Assembly: GCA_963828305.1 (NCBI GenBank)
Contig: CAWHEJ010000034.1
Span: 11,942-75,941, forward strand
Origin: an uncultured delta proteobacterium
GTDB taxonomy: Bacteria; Desulfobacterota; Syntrophia; Syntrophales; UBA2192
Length of the DNA: 64,000 bases
Direction: 5' to 3'
In this document: positions 41,594-51,019 of the stretch, one piece after another
How positions within the stretch are numbered: position 1 is the stretch's first letter
Layout of the letters: each line of letters starts with the position of its first letter
Notes under the pieces: model-generated
The model's database searches: none
What the model was told of the DNA's origin: nothing
Seen by the model: only the letters and a program-made list of their open reading frames with translations
Position numbers and translations under genes: made by a program

Positions 41594-43857
41594 AGCAAAG
41601 AAAAAGTATGGCTGATCGCAAACCACTGCAGGGGCGGGCGCGGGAAATCGCGGGGGTGATCCTCTTTGCCCTGGCGGTCTTTCTGTTCCTGGCCGTGATC
41701 TCCTATACCCCGACGGACCCGTCGCTCTCCAACTACGAGACCTCGACATCGAAAATCTCCAACATCGGCGGCATTTTCGGGTCCTACCTGGCCGACATCC
41801 TGATCCGGTTCCTGGGGCTTAGCGCCTACTGGCTGCCGCTGTTTCTGCTCATCACCTCCGTGAAGCTCTTCCTCGATGCGGGCTTCCTCTTCCGGCCGGG
41901 CTGGATCGGCGGGTTCATCGGCCTCGTCGTAACGACCTCGGGGCTCTTTGCCCATGTCTACAAGCTCATTCCGCTGATTGATTCACCCTTTGCGGCAGGC
42001 GGGTTCGCCGGCACGCTGCTCTCCGAATACCTCAACGCCCTGTTCAACCCCGGCGGGACCTTCATCTTCCTCCTCGTGGGCCTCATCGTCTCGCTCATCG
42101 TCACGGTGGACCTCTCCGTCGTCACGGCGCTGCGGAAAGCTGCCGCCGTAGCCCGGAGCACCGGCCGCGGGATCCGCTCCTACACGGAGATGGGACGGGA
42201 AAAAATGACGGACTACCTGAAGGAAGATCCGATCGAGGAGCGCGAAGAGCCCCAAAAAGCCGAGAAGCGCCCGCCCCCCGTGATCCGCGAAGAGAAGACC
42301 CCGGCACCGGAGAGAACGAGAAAGAAGAAGGTCGAACAGACCCTCTTCGAGTTCGCCGAGCCGAAGGGGGATTACATGCTTCCGCCGCTCACCCTGCTCG
42401 ACGATGTGCCCCGCCGGGACACGAAGCAGCGGCGCGAGAACCTGATCGCCAATGCCCGGCTCCTGGAAAAGAAGCTGGCCGATTTCGGCGTCGAGGGAAA
42501 GGTCGTGGAGGTCAAGCCGGGGCCCGTCATCACCATGTACGAGCTCGAGCCGGCGCCGGGCGTGAAGATCAACCGGATCGCGAACCTCTCCGACGATCTG
42601 GCCCTGGCCCTCAAGGCGCCCAGCGTGCGCATCGTCGCGCCCATCCCCGGCAAGGCCGCCATCGGGATCGAGATCCCCAACCCCGAGCGCGACGCCGTCT
42701 ACCTCCGGGATGCCATCGACAACGAGGCCTTCGCCCAGGCCAAACACCGGCTTCCCATCGCACTGGGCGAGGACATCACGGGGATGCCCGTGATCGCCGA
42801 TCTCATCCGGATGCCCCACCTGCTCATCGCGGGGACGACGGGCTCGGGGAAAAGCGTCTTCCTCAACGCGCTCATCTGCAGCCTGCTCTTCAAGGCGCCC
42901 CCGGACGAGGTGAAATTCATCATGATCGACCCCAAGCGCCTGGAGCTTGCGGCCTACGAGGGGCTCCCGCACCTGCTGCACCCCGTCGTGGTGGACGCCA
43001 AGGAGGCCGCCTCGGTCCTGCGCTGGGCCGTCGAGGAGATGGAGAGCCGCTACCGAATCATCGGCGAGACGGGCGAGAAGAGCATCGACAAGTTCAACCG
43101 CTTCGTGGAGAAGAAGCAGCAGGGCCGCGAGCGGATCATCGACGAGGGGCAGGCGAAACTGCTCATGGCCGATGCGGCTGCTCCCGAGCCCAAACCGCTG
43201 CCGGCGAAGCTCCCCTACATCGTCATCGTCATCGACGAACTGGCCGATCTGCTGATGGTGGCGCAGCGAAATGTCGAGGAGTCGCTCACGCGGCTTGCCC
43301 AGATGGCCCGGGCCTCGGGGATCCACCTCATCCTGGCGACCCAGCGGCCTTCCGTGGACGTCATCACGGGCATCATCAAGGCGAACTTCCCCACGCGAAT
43401 CTCCTTCCAGGTCTCGTCGAAGGTGGACTCGCGGACGATCCTGGATCAGCTGGGCGCCGAGCAACTCCTGGGCCAGGGCGACATGCTCTTCATGCCCCCG
43501 GGGACCTCGAAGCTGCAGCGCATCCACGGCGCCTTCGTCTCCGACCGGGAGATCTCGCGCATCGTGAGCTTCATCCGCAAGCAGGAAACGCCCGTCTACG
43601 ACGAGTCGATCCAGAAGTTCAAGGCGGAGTCCACGGAAGGTGAAAAGACCGATGGCGATTTCGACGCGAAGTACGACGAGGCCGTGGAGCTGGTCACCGA
43701 GCTGGGCCAGGCCTCGGTTTCGCTCGTGCAGCGCTACCTCAAGGTGGGCTACAACCGCGCCGCCCGGATGATCGAGCGGATGGAGAAAGAGGGGGTCGTG
43801 GGCCCCTCCGACGGCGTGAAACCGAGAAAGGTCCTGGCCAGAAAGCTGCCGCGCTAA
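41590..43857 (+). CDS. ftsK: DNA translocase FtsK
   Basis: N-terminal TM helices; Walker A GTTGSGKSV; Walker B VIVIDELADL; C-terminal gamma domain VSLVQRYLKVGYNRAARMIERME. Confidence 0.95.
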   Translation: MKQRKSMADRKPLQGRAREIAGVILFALAVFLFLAVISYTPTDPSLSNYETSTSKISNIGGIFGSYLADILIRFLGLSAYWLPLFLLITSVKLFLDAGFLFRPGWIGGFIGLVVTTSGLFAHVYKLIPLIDSPFAAGGFAGTLLSEYLNALFNPGGTFIFLLVGLIVSLIVTVDLSVVTALRKAAAVARSTGRGIRSYTEMGREKMTDYLKEDPIEEREEPQKAEKRPPPVIREEKTPAPERTRKKKVEQTLFEFAEPKGDYMLPPLTLLDDVPRRDTKQRRENLIANARLLEKKLADFGVEGKVVEVKPGPVITMYELEPAPGVKINRIANLSDDLALALKAPSVRIVAPIPGKAAIGIEIPNPERDAVYLRDAIDNEAFAQAKHRLPIALGEDITGMPVIADLIRMPHLLIAGTTGSGKSVFLNALICSLLFKAPPDEVKFIMIDPKRLELAAYEGLPHLLHPVVVDAKEAASVLRWAVEEMESRYRIIGETGEKSIDKFNRFVEKKQQGRERIIDEGQAKLLMADAAAPEPKPLPAKLPYIVIVIDELADLLMVAQRNVEESLTRLAQMARASGIHLILATQRPSVDVITGIIKANFPTRISFQVSSKVDSRTILDQLGAEQLLGQGDMLFMPPGTSKLQRIHGAFVSDREISRIVSFIRKQETPVYDESIQKFKAESTEGEKTDGDFDAKYDEAVELVTELGQASVSLVQRYLKVGYNRAARMIERMEKEGVVGPSDGVKPRKVLARKLPR

Positions 43858-43858
43858 G

Positions 43859-45202
43859 TTGAGCGAAAAAAGCGTCTACATCCTGAGCCTCGGCTGCCCG
43901 AAGAATCTCGTCGACAGCGAGGTCCTCTCCGCCCTGCTCGCGCGCTCCGGCCTGCGCATCACCGACCGGCCCGACCGGGCCGACACGATCGTCGTCAACA
44001 CCTGCGCCTTCATCCTGCCCGCCCGGGAGGAATCCATCGAGGAGATCCTCCGGATGGCGGCCTGGAAGAAAAAGGGCCGCTGCCGGAGGCTTGTCGTCAC
44101 GGGCTGCCTCCCCCAGCGCTACGGCGCCGAGCTTGCCCGGGAGATGCCGGAGGTGGACCTCTTCCTCGGCACGGGCGATTTCCTATCCATCCTCGAGCAC
44201 CTGAAGCTCCTCGACGAAGGCTGGAAAAAAGGCCCTCTGCTCAGGGTCGGCAAGCCCCTCTTTCTCATGGACGCCGCGACCCCGCGGACGGTCTCCACGC
44301 GGTTCTACAGCTACCTGAAGATCGCCGAGGGGTGCTCGAACTGCTGCGCCTACTGCGTCATCCCCTCGATCCGGGGGCCCTTCCGGAGCCGGCCCATGGG
44401 CGACATCGTCGCGGAGGCCGAACGGCTCGCCGCCGAGGGGACGCGGGAGCTCATCCTCATCGCCCAGGACACGACGGGCTGGGGCCGTGATCTCAAGGGG
44501 CGCCCCACGCTCAACGGCCTTCTCAAGCGGCTCTGCGCCATCGAGGGGCCTCGCTGGATCCGGCTTCTCTATGCATACCCGAAGAACATCACCGCCGAGC
44601 TTCTCGCCACGATGGCCCTGGAGGACAAGATCTGCCGGTACCTCGACATCCCGGTGCAGCACATCGACGACAGGATTTTGCGCTCCATGAACCGCAAGGG
44701 CACCTCCGCCTTCATCCGGAAGAAGCTCGCCGAAATCCGTGAGGCCGTTCCGGGTATTGCGCTCCGGACATCGCTCATTGTGGGGTTTCCCGGGGAGACG
44801 GAGAAGCAGTTCGAAGGGCTTCTGCGCTTTGTCGAGGAGACTCGTTTCGAGAGCCTGGGGGTCTTTACCTATTCACCGGAAGAGGGGACGGAGGCGGCGG
44901 GGATGCCCGGGCAGGTGCCGGAAGAGGAAAAGGCGCGGCGCCAGGGCCGGATCATGGAGGCCCAGGCGGCCATCTCGGACGAGATCAATCTCACGCGCGC
45001 AGGCGCGGCGGAAGAGGTGCTCATCGAGGGAAAGACGGACAGGACCGATTTTCCTTTTTACGGCCGTACACGCTTCCAGGCCCCGGAGATTGACGGGATC
45101 ACCTACGTGCGCGCCGGCAAACTCACCGCGGGCGACATCGTAAGCTGCAAAATTACCGCAGCGGAAATCTACGATCTGTGCGCAGAAGAAGCGGGCGACT
45201 GA
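43859..45202 (+). CDS. rimO: ribosomal protein S12 methylthiotransferase RimO
   Basis: TTG start; MTTase N-terminus LSLGCPKNLVDSE; radical SAM CSNCCAYC; C-terminal TRAM. Confidence 0.9.
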   Translation: MSEKSVYILSLGCPKNLVDSEVLSALLARSGLRITDRPDRADTIVVNTCAFILPAREESIEEILRMAAWKKKGRCRRLVVTGCLPQRYGAELAREMPEVDLFLGTGDFLSILEHLKLLDEGWKKGPLLRVGKPLFLMDAATPRTVSTRFYSYLKIAEGCSNCCAYCVIPSIRGPFRSRPMGDIVAEAERLAAEGTRELILIAQDTTGWGRDLKGRPTLNGLLKRLCAIEGPRWIRLLYAYPKNITAELLATMALEDKICRYLDIPVQHIDDRILRSMNRKGTSAFIRKKLAEIREAVPGIALRTSLIVGFPGETEKQFEGLLRFVEETRFESLGVFTYSPEEGTEAAGMPGQVPEEEKARRQGRIMEAQAAISDEINLTRAGAAEEVLIEGKTDRTDFPFYGRTRFQAPEIDGITYVRAGKLTAGDIVSCKITAAEIYDLCAEEAGD

Positions 45203-45235
45203 GGATCAATCGCCCGCTTGCCTCAAGGCTCAGTC

Positions 45236-45345
45236 AAAACGTCATTGCGAAGGAGCGAAGCGACTGAAGCAATCTCACAGGACATGGAAAATGCGGAGAT
45301 TGCCGCGCTCCCTTCGGTCACTCGCAATGACAAAAAAGGATTGCA
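45236..45345. repeat. palindromic repeat, family G (GTCATTGCGAAGGAGCGAAGCGAC ... TCGCAATGAC)
   Basis: Inverted arms GTCATTGCGA / TCGCAATGAC and AGCAATCTC / GAGATTGC; yields the pseudo-peptide SLRRSEATEAISQ. Confidence 0.6.
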
Positions 45346-45390
45346 TCACGGTCTCCAAAGGAGGAGCACAAAGGGTGTTGCACTATTTCT

Positions 45391-45552
45391 TCAGGCCAGC
45401 CCCAACTGCTTCCTTCTCTTCTTTTCGTCACCCTCCATGCAGCAGCGCTTGTATTTCTTGCCGCTCCTGCAAGGACATTGCTCGTTGCGGCCGATTTCCT
45501 CTTTTTTCGCGGTACTCTCACCTGTGCTGAACAGTTTTTCCAGAAATTTCAT
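45391..45552 (-). CDS. small SEC-C motif protein (53 aa; below the ORF-track cutoff)
   Basis: Hand translation MKFLEKLFSTGESTAKKEEIGRNEQCPCRSGKKYKRCCMEGDEKKRRKQLGLA; CPCxSGKKYKxCC is the SecA C-terminal metal-binding motif; GAGGAAAGG SD. Confidence 0.65.
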   Translation of the reverse strand: MKFLEKLFSTGESTAKKEEIGRNEQCPCRSGKKYKRCCMEGDEKKRRKQLGLA

Positions 45553-45662
45553 CGTTGCCTTTCCTCGTTGCGGTAGCGGATCGTGTCGGCCGCCGCCGTT
45601 TATTAAAATTCCTCGAACGAAGGTGCGAGGAATCAGAGTCTCATTTTCCTGTTCATGGATCC

Positions 45663-45741
45663 GTTATCATGCGCGCAACCCCTCAGCGCCTTACGTGAGC
45701 TTGTCGAACGTTGCTGCGGGGGTTGCGCGTGCAACCGCTTT
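45663..45741. repeat. family F palindrome copy 2 (inverted relative to 741-872, shorter centre)
   Basis: GTTATCATGCGCGCAACCCCTCAGCGCC ... GCTGCGGGGGTTGCGCGTGCAACCGCTTT. Confidence 0.55.
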
Positions 45742-45743
45742 CA

Positions 45744-46193
45744 TCAGGCCGGGTCCGGCGACGGGCCCGTCTCCACGATCTCGATGTCGAATACGAGGGT
45801 CTTGCCGGCCAGGAAGTGATTCAGGTCCATCTTGACCACTTCGTCGAGGATCTCGAAGACCTCGGCGGGGATCTTGTTTCCCTGCGGGTCGATGAGCTCA
45901 ATCATCATCCCCTTCTCCAGCTCCATGTCCTCGGGAACCGTGTTTTTCGGAATGTCTACGATCAGTTCCACCTGCCGGGGGCCGTAGGCCATTTCGGGTA
46001 AAATCGTCACGGTTTTCTTCTCTCCCACGGTCATGCCGACCACGGCCTCATCGAACCCGCGGATGATCTGACCGCAGCCGACGGTGAACGTGAGGGGCCG
46101 CCGGCCCGACGAGGAATCGAAGACCTCGCCGTTCTCGACCTTTCCCGTGTAATGGACGCTGACCCTATCCCCCGACTGGATGGCTTTTATCAT
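45744..46193 (-). CDS. FKBP-type peptidyl-prolyl cis-trans isomerase (SlyD-like with IF insert)
   Basis: VSVHYTGKVENGEVFDSS ... GQIIRGFDEAVVGMTVGEKK ... HFLAGKTLVFDIEIV. Confidence 0.9.
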   Translation of the reverse strand: MIKAIQSGDRVSVHYTGKVENGEVFDSSSGRRPLTFTVGCGQIIRGFDEAVVGMTVGEKKTVTILPEMAYGPRQVELIVDIPKNTVPEDMELEKGMMIELIDPQGNKIPAEVFEILDEVVKMDLNHFLAGKTLVFDIEIVETGPSPDPA

Positions 46194-46414
46194 CGCTGTT
46201 CCTCCCCATAAAAAAATCCACCGGCCTCTGCGGAGCCCGGTGATCTTGACTGCGCCACAAAAATCGTCTTCGATGAATCTCAGACCCTCAATATCCCTTG
46301 AGGTTCCGTTGTTTTGGTTATATATATAACTCTTACAGAAAAGTGAAGTGCTTTTTATCCCCTATAATTCCAAAGCCGAAATCCATGCGGGAAGTCCGCA
46401 TCCCTGATCCAGCC

Positions 46415-47059
46415 ATGCAGTCACAGCCGATTCAAATTGAAGAACTCGTCAACAGCCTCACCCACGGCATGGGGGCTCTCCTGAGCGCTGCGGGGTTCGG
46501 TGTGCTCGTCTTCCTTGCGTACAAGAACGGCACGATGCTTCATCTCGTGAGTTGCAGCATCTTCGGCGCGACCCTGGTGCTTCTCTACACGGCATCGACG
46601 CTCTACCACTCCGTCCGCTCGCCGAGACTGAAACACATTTTCAAGGTCATGGACCACTCGTGCATCTACCTGTTGATCGCCGGGACCTACACGCCCTTCA
46701 CGCTCGTGACGCTGCAGGGAAGCTGGGGATGGACCCTGTTCGGGCTGATCTGGGTGCTGGCCGCCGCGGGGATTATCTTCCAGATCTTCTTCGTCTACCG
46801 GTTCAAGATCCTGGCCACGATCGCCTACGTCCTGATGGGGTGGCTCGCCGTCTTCGCCGTCAGGCCCCTCCTCGACGCCCTGCCCGCAGGGGGGTTCGCC
46901 TGGCTCCTGGCCGGGGGACTCGTCTACACCGTGGGCGCCCTTTTCTACCTCATCAAGAGTCTGCCCTACAACCACGCCATCTGGCACCTCTTCGTGCTCG
47001 GCGGGAGCGCGTGCCACTACGTGGCCGTCCTGCTCTATGTCGTCCCCGCAAATTTGTAG
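46415..47059 (+). CDS. hemolysin III / PAQR family membrane protein
   Basis: 7 TM helices; motifs NSLTHG, STLYHS, DHSCIYLLIAGTYTPF, HLFVLGGSACHY. Start could also be ATG 46385. Confidence 0.85.
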   Translation: MQSQPIQIEELVNSLTHGMGALLSAAGFGVLVFLAYKNGTMLHLVSCSIFGATLVLLYTASTLYHSVRSPRLKHIFKVMDHSCIYLLIAGTYTPFTLVTLQGSWGWTLFGLIWVLAAAGIIFQIFFVYRFKILATIAYVLMGWLAVFAVRPLLDALPAGGFAWLLAGGLVYTVGALFYLIKSLPYNHAIWHLFVLGGSACHYVAVLLYVVPANL

Positions 47060-47240
47060 ACGTCTTCCGGTCCCGGATGACAGGCGCCTCGGCAGGCTTG
47101 TCCGCAGTGGGCCTTTTTCCGAGAGACTTCGCGAGAGGGTGCTCTACGCATCCGATTTCCCGATGGATCGCCTGGATGTGGTGTCCTGCAACCATGCCCG
47201 AATGGATGAGAAGGATTTGAAATTTGCAGCTGAAATAGAT

Positions 47241-47277
47241 AAAAAAAGCAGGGCCGTTTTCGGCCCTGCCGCCTTTC
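47241..47277. terminator. bidirectional terminator between the hemolysin III and Cache genes
   Basis: AAAAAAAGCAGGGCCG TTTT CGGCCCTGC CGCCTTTC. Confidence 0.7.
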
Positions 47278-47336
47278 TATTGTTTCCCTATTTTTCGCCA
47301 GACACCTCAGCTGTCATGGCTGCACGGAGATGAGAT

Positions 47337-47876
47337 CTAGTAGCGATACTCTACTGACTCTACGCGTGGTGCAAAGCTCGGAGAGCCCTGAGGCTCGTTC
47401 TGCCAGACGCCGCAGCAGACGATGTAGTCTTTACCGGCGTGCCGGAACAACTTCGCATAAGTATGCTTCATGCTGATCTTGCCCGTTGAGGCATTCATGT
47501 ACGGGTAATCGGTCCAGCCGCTCCCCTTTTTCAGGGCCTTTTGCACCATGATCTCCGAGACCTGGTAATTGTTGACGACAGGGTCTTTCCCCTTGAACGA
47601 TACGCCGATGACATCGTGCCTCATGGAATCGGCAATCAGCACGACATCTTTGCTGTATACAAAAACGTAAAGATTTCGTTCCTTGTCGCAACATCTGCCC
47701 GATGGATCGCTGATCACCGCAAGGGCGCCATCACCCATCACTTCGATCAGTTTGCCGGCCATCTCGACCATCTGCACGGCGTCCCCTTCCGTTGCCGTTT
47801 CGGCCGGATAAGACGTCCGTGGTAAGACAACAAGAACCGCGCACAGCAACGTGATGATAAGAATCTTGCTTTTCAT
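47337..47876 (-). CDS. secreted stand-alone single-Cache (sCache_2-like) domain protein
   Basis: Signal peptide MKSKILIITLLCAVLVVL; Cache-like core LYVFVYSKDVVLIADS ... GSGWTDYPYMNASTGKISMKHTYAKL ... YIVCCGVW; GGGAGGTGA SD. Confidence 0.65.
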   Translation of the reverse strand: MKSKILIITLLCAVLVVLPRTSYPAETATEGDAVQMVEMAGKLIEVMGDGALAVISDPSGRCCDKERNLYVFVYSKDVVLIADSMRHDVIGVSFKGKDPVVNNYQVSEIMVQKALKKGSGWTDYPYMNASTGKISMKHTYAKLFRHAGKDYIVCCGVWQNEPQGSPSFAPRVESVEYRY

Positions 47877-48062
47877 GTCGCTCACCTCCCTCATTAAAGT
47901 TGATCATCGAACCTCTGGCCCTCAACGGATCCAACTAACGCCAACCTGAGCTTATTCCTCGAACAGGCTGAGAAACGACAGAATGAGCTTTGAGGGTGAG
48001 GATGAGTGAGTGTGATATCGAATTGGCGAAAAGCAAACAGAATCAATGTTTCGGCATAGCGA

Positions 48063-48359
48063 TCATACCGGGGCGGTGAGAGCGCTACTGTTACGCAAGA
48101 TCTCTATCGTGCCTTCCGACCGTATCCCGTCAAGCATGACCCAGGGGAAATGCTCTTCAATAATCCTGTAACAGTCTTCCATATCTGAACAATGCATGAA
48201 GTTAAGGCCCGACCGGTCCGTAACAAAGAAAATCGTTCCCCCAATGGACCGGACCCTGTGGATCACGGCATCGGCATGGCCTGTGGGAAAGATTTCCCAG
48301 TGCATGGCAGGGGATCGGTGAAAAACCTCCCCTTTGGGTTCTACTTCCATGAATTTCAT
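48063..48359 (-). CDS. hypothetical protein (98 aa)
   Basis: ATG 48359 follows AAGGGGTG; lower-GC region; no family recognised. Confidence 0.4.
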   Translation of the reverse strand: MKFMEVEPKGEVFHRSPAMHWEIFPTGHADAVIHRVRSIGGTIFFVTDRSGLNFMHCSDMEDCYRIIEEHFPWVMLDGIRSEGTIEILRNSSALTAPV

Positions 48360-48610
48360 GGTGTTACACCCCTTCTTGGCGTCTGGTATCGAATGGTAAA
48401 GATCCAGGCGGAAACGGGTGTGAGTCGGGTTTGCGTTAGGGTTGAGTTTAATGGGTCAACAACGGATCTGAATCGAGATGAATGATAAACGGGAGCCTGA
48501 GACCGAGAACACCTAAATCCAGTCATTTCAACTATTTTATTAGAAATATAATCGGATTGAAGGGAGAAGCAATAATGAAAGATTCGTGAGAAAATAGTGA
48601 TAGAAAACCA

Positions 48611-49858
48611 CTATTTTGAGAGAGAGGACAGGTAAGTCCTGAGATTGGCTTTTTTCTGGGTCAACCCCAGTTTCTTTCTAAGATGGGCTCGGTGGGTATC
48701 GATGGCAAATCTGGAGATATTCATAAATCGGGCAATCTCCTTTGTCGTCTTCCCTTCCCTGATGAGCTCGGCAACCTGCATTTCTTTCGGCGTGAGATTT
48801 AAATACTGCAGGGACAATTTCTGTGCAAAGGGGGAAATGATCCCCTGAAGGTTGGATTCTAGAATGTGGACGTGGGTCAGTTCCTTGTAACCGGAAAGGC
48901 ATTTTTTCAATTCCTGCACATGAGGCATGACAAGTTCTTTCACGCTCGTCAATACGCTATTTTCGAGCTCTATCTTATCCGCCTCTCGTTGTTTCAGCAG
49001 GACCCTCAAGGCCGCGTTCATCTCTCCGAGGGCTTCTTTACTGCGATTTCTGTCCGAAATATCCATGAAAGTGGCAACGCTTGTCGTGGTCCCCGGGATC
49101 ATGTCGATATTGACGAGGATATCCCTGCGGTTCCCCTGTCTGTCGGCAATTTGCGTCTCATATCTTTTCGGGGCGGCAGCGGCATTGATCCTTCTCGACC
49201 GGTGGTAACCTAGAATTTTATTCCGTTCGTCTTCCTGGGGGAAAAGGACCGTCCAGCTTAACTTACCCTCTGTCTCGTCCCTGGCGTATCCGGTGATTTT
49301 TTCGAATTCGCTGTTCGCCAGGGATATGATCGTGTCCTCTTCGATAATCAGGGTCGCAACCCCGGTGGTCTCGAAAATGACCCGGTATCTGCTCTCCGAC
49401 TCCTTGAGCGCCTCTTCCATCCGCCTGCGCTCGGTGATGTCCTGTACGAGCGACATGACACCGATGATATGGCCGTCGTCGTCAACCAGGGGGGTATTGA
49501 ACCACTCGCAGAGAATGATCCTTCCATCCTTGGTGAGGTTTTCGTTCGTGTTGTATTCCCCACCCTTCAGACTCAAGAGCTTTTCCCATACGACATCGAG
49601 TTCCCCCAGTATTTCCCTGGGGAGGATCAGCTCGCGGGCATGGCGGCCAAGCGCTTCTTCACGGCTGTACCCAAAGATCGCCTCCGCCGCCGGGTTCCAT
49701 TCATTCACCTGAAACTCCGCGTTCCACTCGATCACGCCGAGCAGCGTCTGCTCGAAGTGCAGCGCGAGCTTTCTTTCCAAATAATTGAGCGATTCCTTCG
49801 CCCGCCTGTACTCGGCTTCCGCGTGTTCTCGTTTGGAAATGCGATGGCTCATTGTCAC
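48611..49858 (-). CDS. PAS-PAS-LuxR transcriptional regulator
   Basis: Two PAS domains (NPAAEAIFGYSREEALG..., ANSEFEKITGYARDE...) and C-terminal LuxR/FixJ HTH LTPKEMQVAELIREGKTTKEIARFMNISRFAIDTHRAHLRKKLGL. Confidence 0.85.
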   Translation of the reverse strand: MTMSHRISKREHAEAEYRRAKESLNYLERKLALHFEQTLLGVIEWNAEFQVNEWNPAAEAIFGYSREEALGRHARELILPREILGELDVVWEKLLSLKGGEYNTNENLTKDGRIILCEWFNTPLVDDDGHIIGVMSLVQDITERRRMEEALKESESRYRVIFETTGVATLIIEEDTIISLANSEFEKITGYARDETEGKLSWTVLFPQEDERNKILGYHRSRRINAAAAPKRYETQIADRQGNRRDILVNIDMIPGTTTSVATFMDISDRNRSKEALGEMNAALRVLLKQREADKIELENSVLTSVKELVMPHVQELKKCLSGYKELTHVHILESNLQGIISPFAQKLSLQYLNLTPKEMQVAELIREGKTTKEIARFMNISRFAIDTHRAHLRKKLGLTQKKANLRTYLSSLSK

Positions 49859-50046
49859 AGATCCTGAACCGTGGACTTTAACGCAAGGTGTGATTCCTGC
49901 GGCCCGGTGACAATCGAGATAAACCGCTGGCGAGACGGAATCGGAGAAATGCGGAAGAGGATGTTATGGACGGTAACGGATTGTGGCTAAGAATTCAGGA
50001 TCAGACGAGGTTTAAAGTCGGGAGTGTGATTAAAAAATAGCACTGT

Positions 50047-50898
50047 TTATTGCCAAGTCAAGCGCATTCTTTGTTCCGTATTGCGGGAAGCAATGCATGA
50101 TTCCTGTCTCCGGTAAAGGCAGGACACTGCCGGGTGAGGGTTGAAGCCCTTCAGGAAATCGGGCAGGTGCTCCTTTTGCCCGATGACGAGAAACCCGTCC
50201 ATCACAAGACTGCCAGCGATCACCGGAAGAGCTGCCTCGACGATCTCATCCCGATAGTAGGTGAGGAGGTTGTTCCGGAGAAAAATGAGGTGGAAGTCCC
50301 GCGCAGGCGGCTGATCGGCGGTGAGGTCATGAACCTGCCAGCGGATGCCTTGCCGCAGCTCGTCTACAACACGGAAGCTCGCCCGCCCGGCAGGCCTGAA
50401 GAAGCGGGGTCTCTTCTCTGCAGGGATTCGCGCAAGGGCCCCTGCGGGGTAAATCCCCTCGATCGCCCGTTTCAGGTAAGCCGGGTTGACGTCGGTCGCC
50501 CAAAGCTCGAGGGGGGGCATGGAGGTTGTCTTTTCTGCCAGGAGGGCCCAGAGAATCCGGAGGCTGTATGCCTCCTGCCCCAGGGCGCAGCCCGCCGACC
50601 AGGCCCGCACCCCCCCGGGATGCTCCGCGATGAGCGAAGGGAGGATCTCCGCTTCCAGGGTTCGCCACAACAGTTCGTCGCGGAAAAACCGGCTGATCGA
50701 GACGTCCATGAGGCGCCGCGCTTCATGCTCCGCGGCCCCATCGGTGTCGAGGCGCTCGAGGTAGGCCTTCATCGAGGGGCATCTCAATTCCTGCATGTGC
50801 CTGACGATGCGCTTCTGCACCCCCTTTCGCACCTTCCGGTACCCTTCGGGGGAGAGGGCAAAGCGGTCAAGCATGGCGGCAAATTCACTTTCATGCAT
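50047..50898 (-). CDS. CheR-type SAM-dependent protein-glutamate methyltransferase, orphan
   Basis: CheR N-terminal helical domain + SISRFFRD, VRAWSAGCALGQEAYS, IFLRNNLLTY motifs; no other che genes in the window. Confidence 0.8.
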   Translation of the reverse strand: MHESEFAAMLDRFALSPEGYRKVRKGVQKRIVRHMQELRCPSMKAYLERLDTDGAAEHEARRLMDVSISRFFRDELLWRTLEAEILPSLIAEHPGGVRAWSAGCALGQEAYSLRILWALLAEKTTSMPPLELWATDVNPAYLKRAIEGIYPAGALARIPAEKRPRFFRPAGRASFRVVDELRQGIRWQVHDLTADQPPARDFHLIFLRNNLLTYYRDEIVEAALPVIAGSLVMDGFLVIGQKEHLPDFLKGFNPHPAVSCLYRRQESCIASRNTEQRMRLTWQ

Positions 50899-51019
50899 CG
50901 ATCCGAACAGCCTTTCAGATCCGCAATTACTTTTTGTGACAGTGGAAGAAAGAGGGTTTTCATTTCTCCCGTAAGGATTATATTATATTCGTATCCATCG
51001 TGCAAAAGGAGGGGACCCC

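Noticed and set aside
47037-47333. 98-aa ORF containing RVLYASDFP, reminiscent of the C-terminal GSDYP motif of amidohydrolase-2 proteins (possible gene remnant)
   Set aside because: There is only a ~9-residue resemblance. The ORF spans a terminator hairpin, and there is too little sequence to support a pseudogene call without a database search.
50955-50990. dif-like XerCD site (GGATTATATTATATTCGTATCC)
   Set aside because: Only the putative XerC-side arm resembles the consensus weakly, and the conserved XerD arm (TTATGTTAAAT-like) is absent. It is more likely just the AT-rich promoter region of the PEBP and CheR genes.
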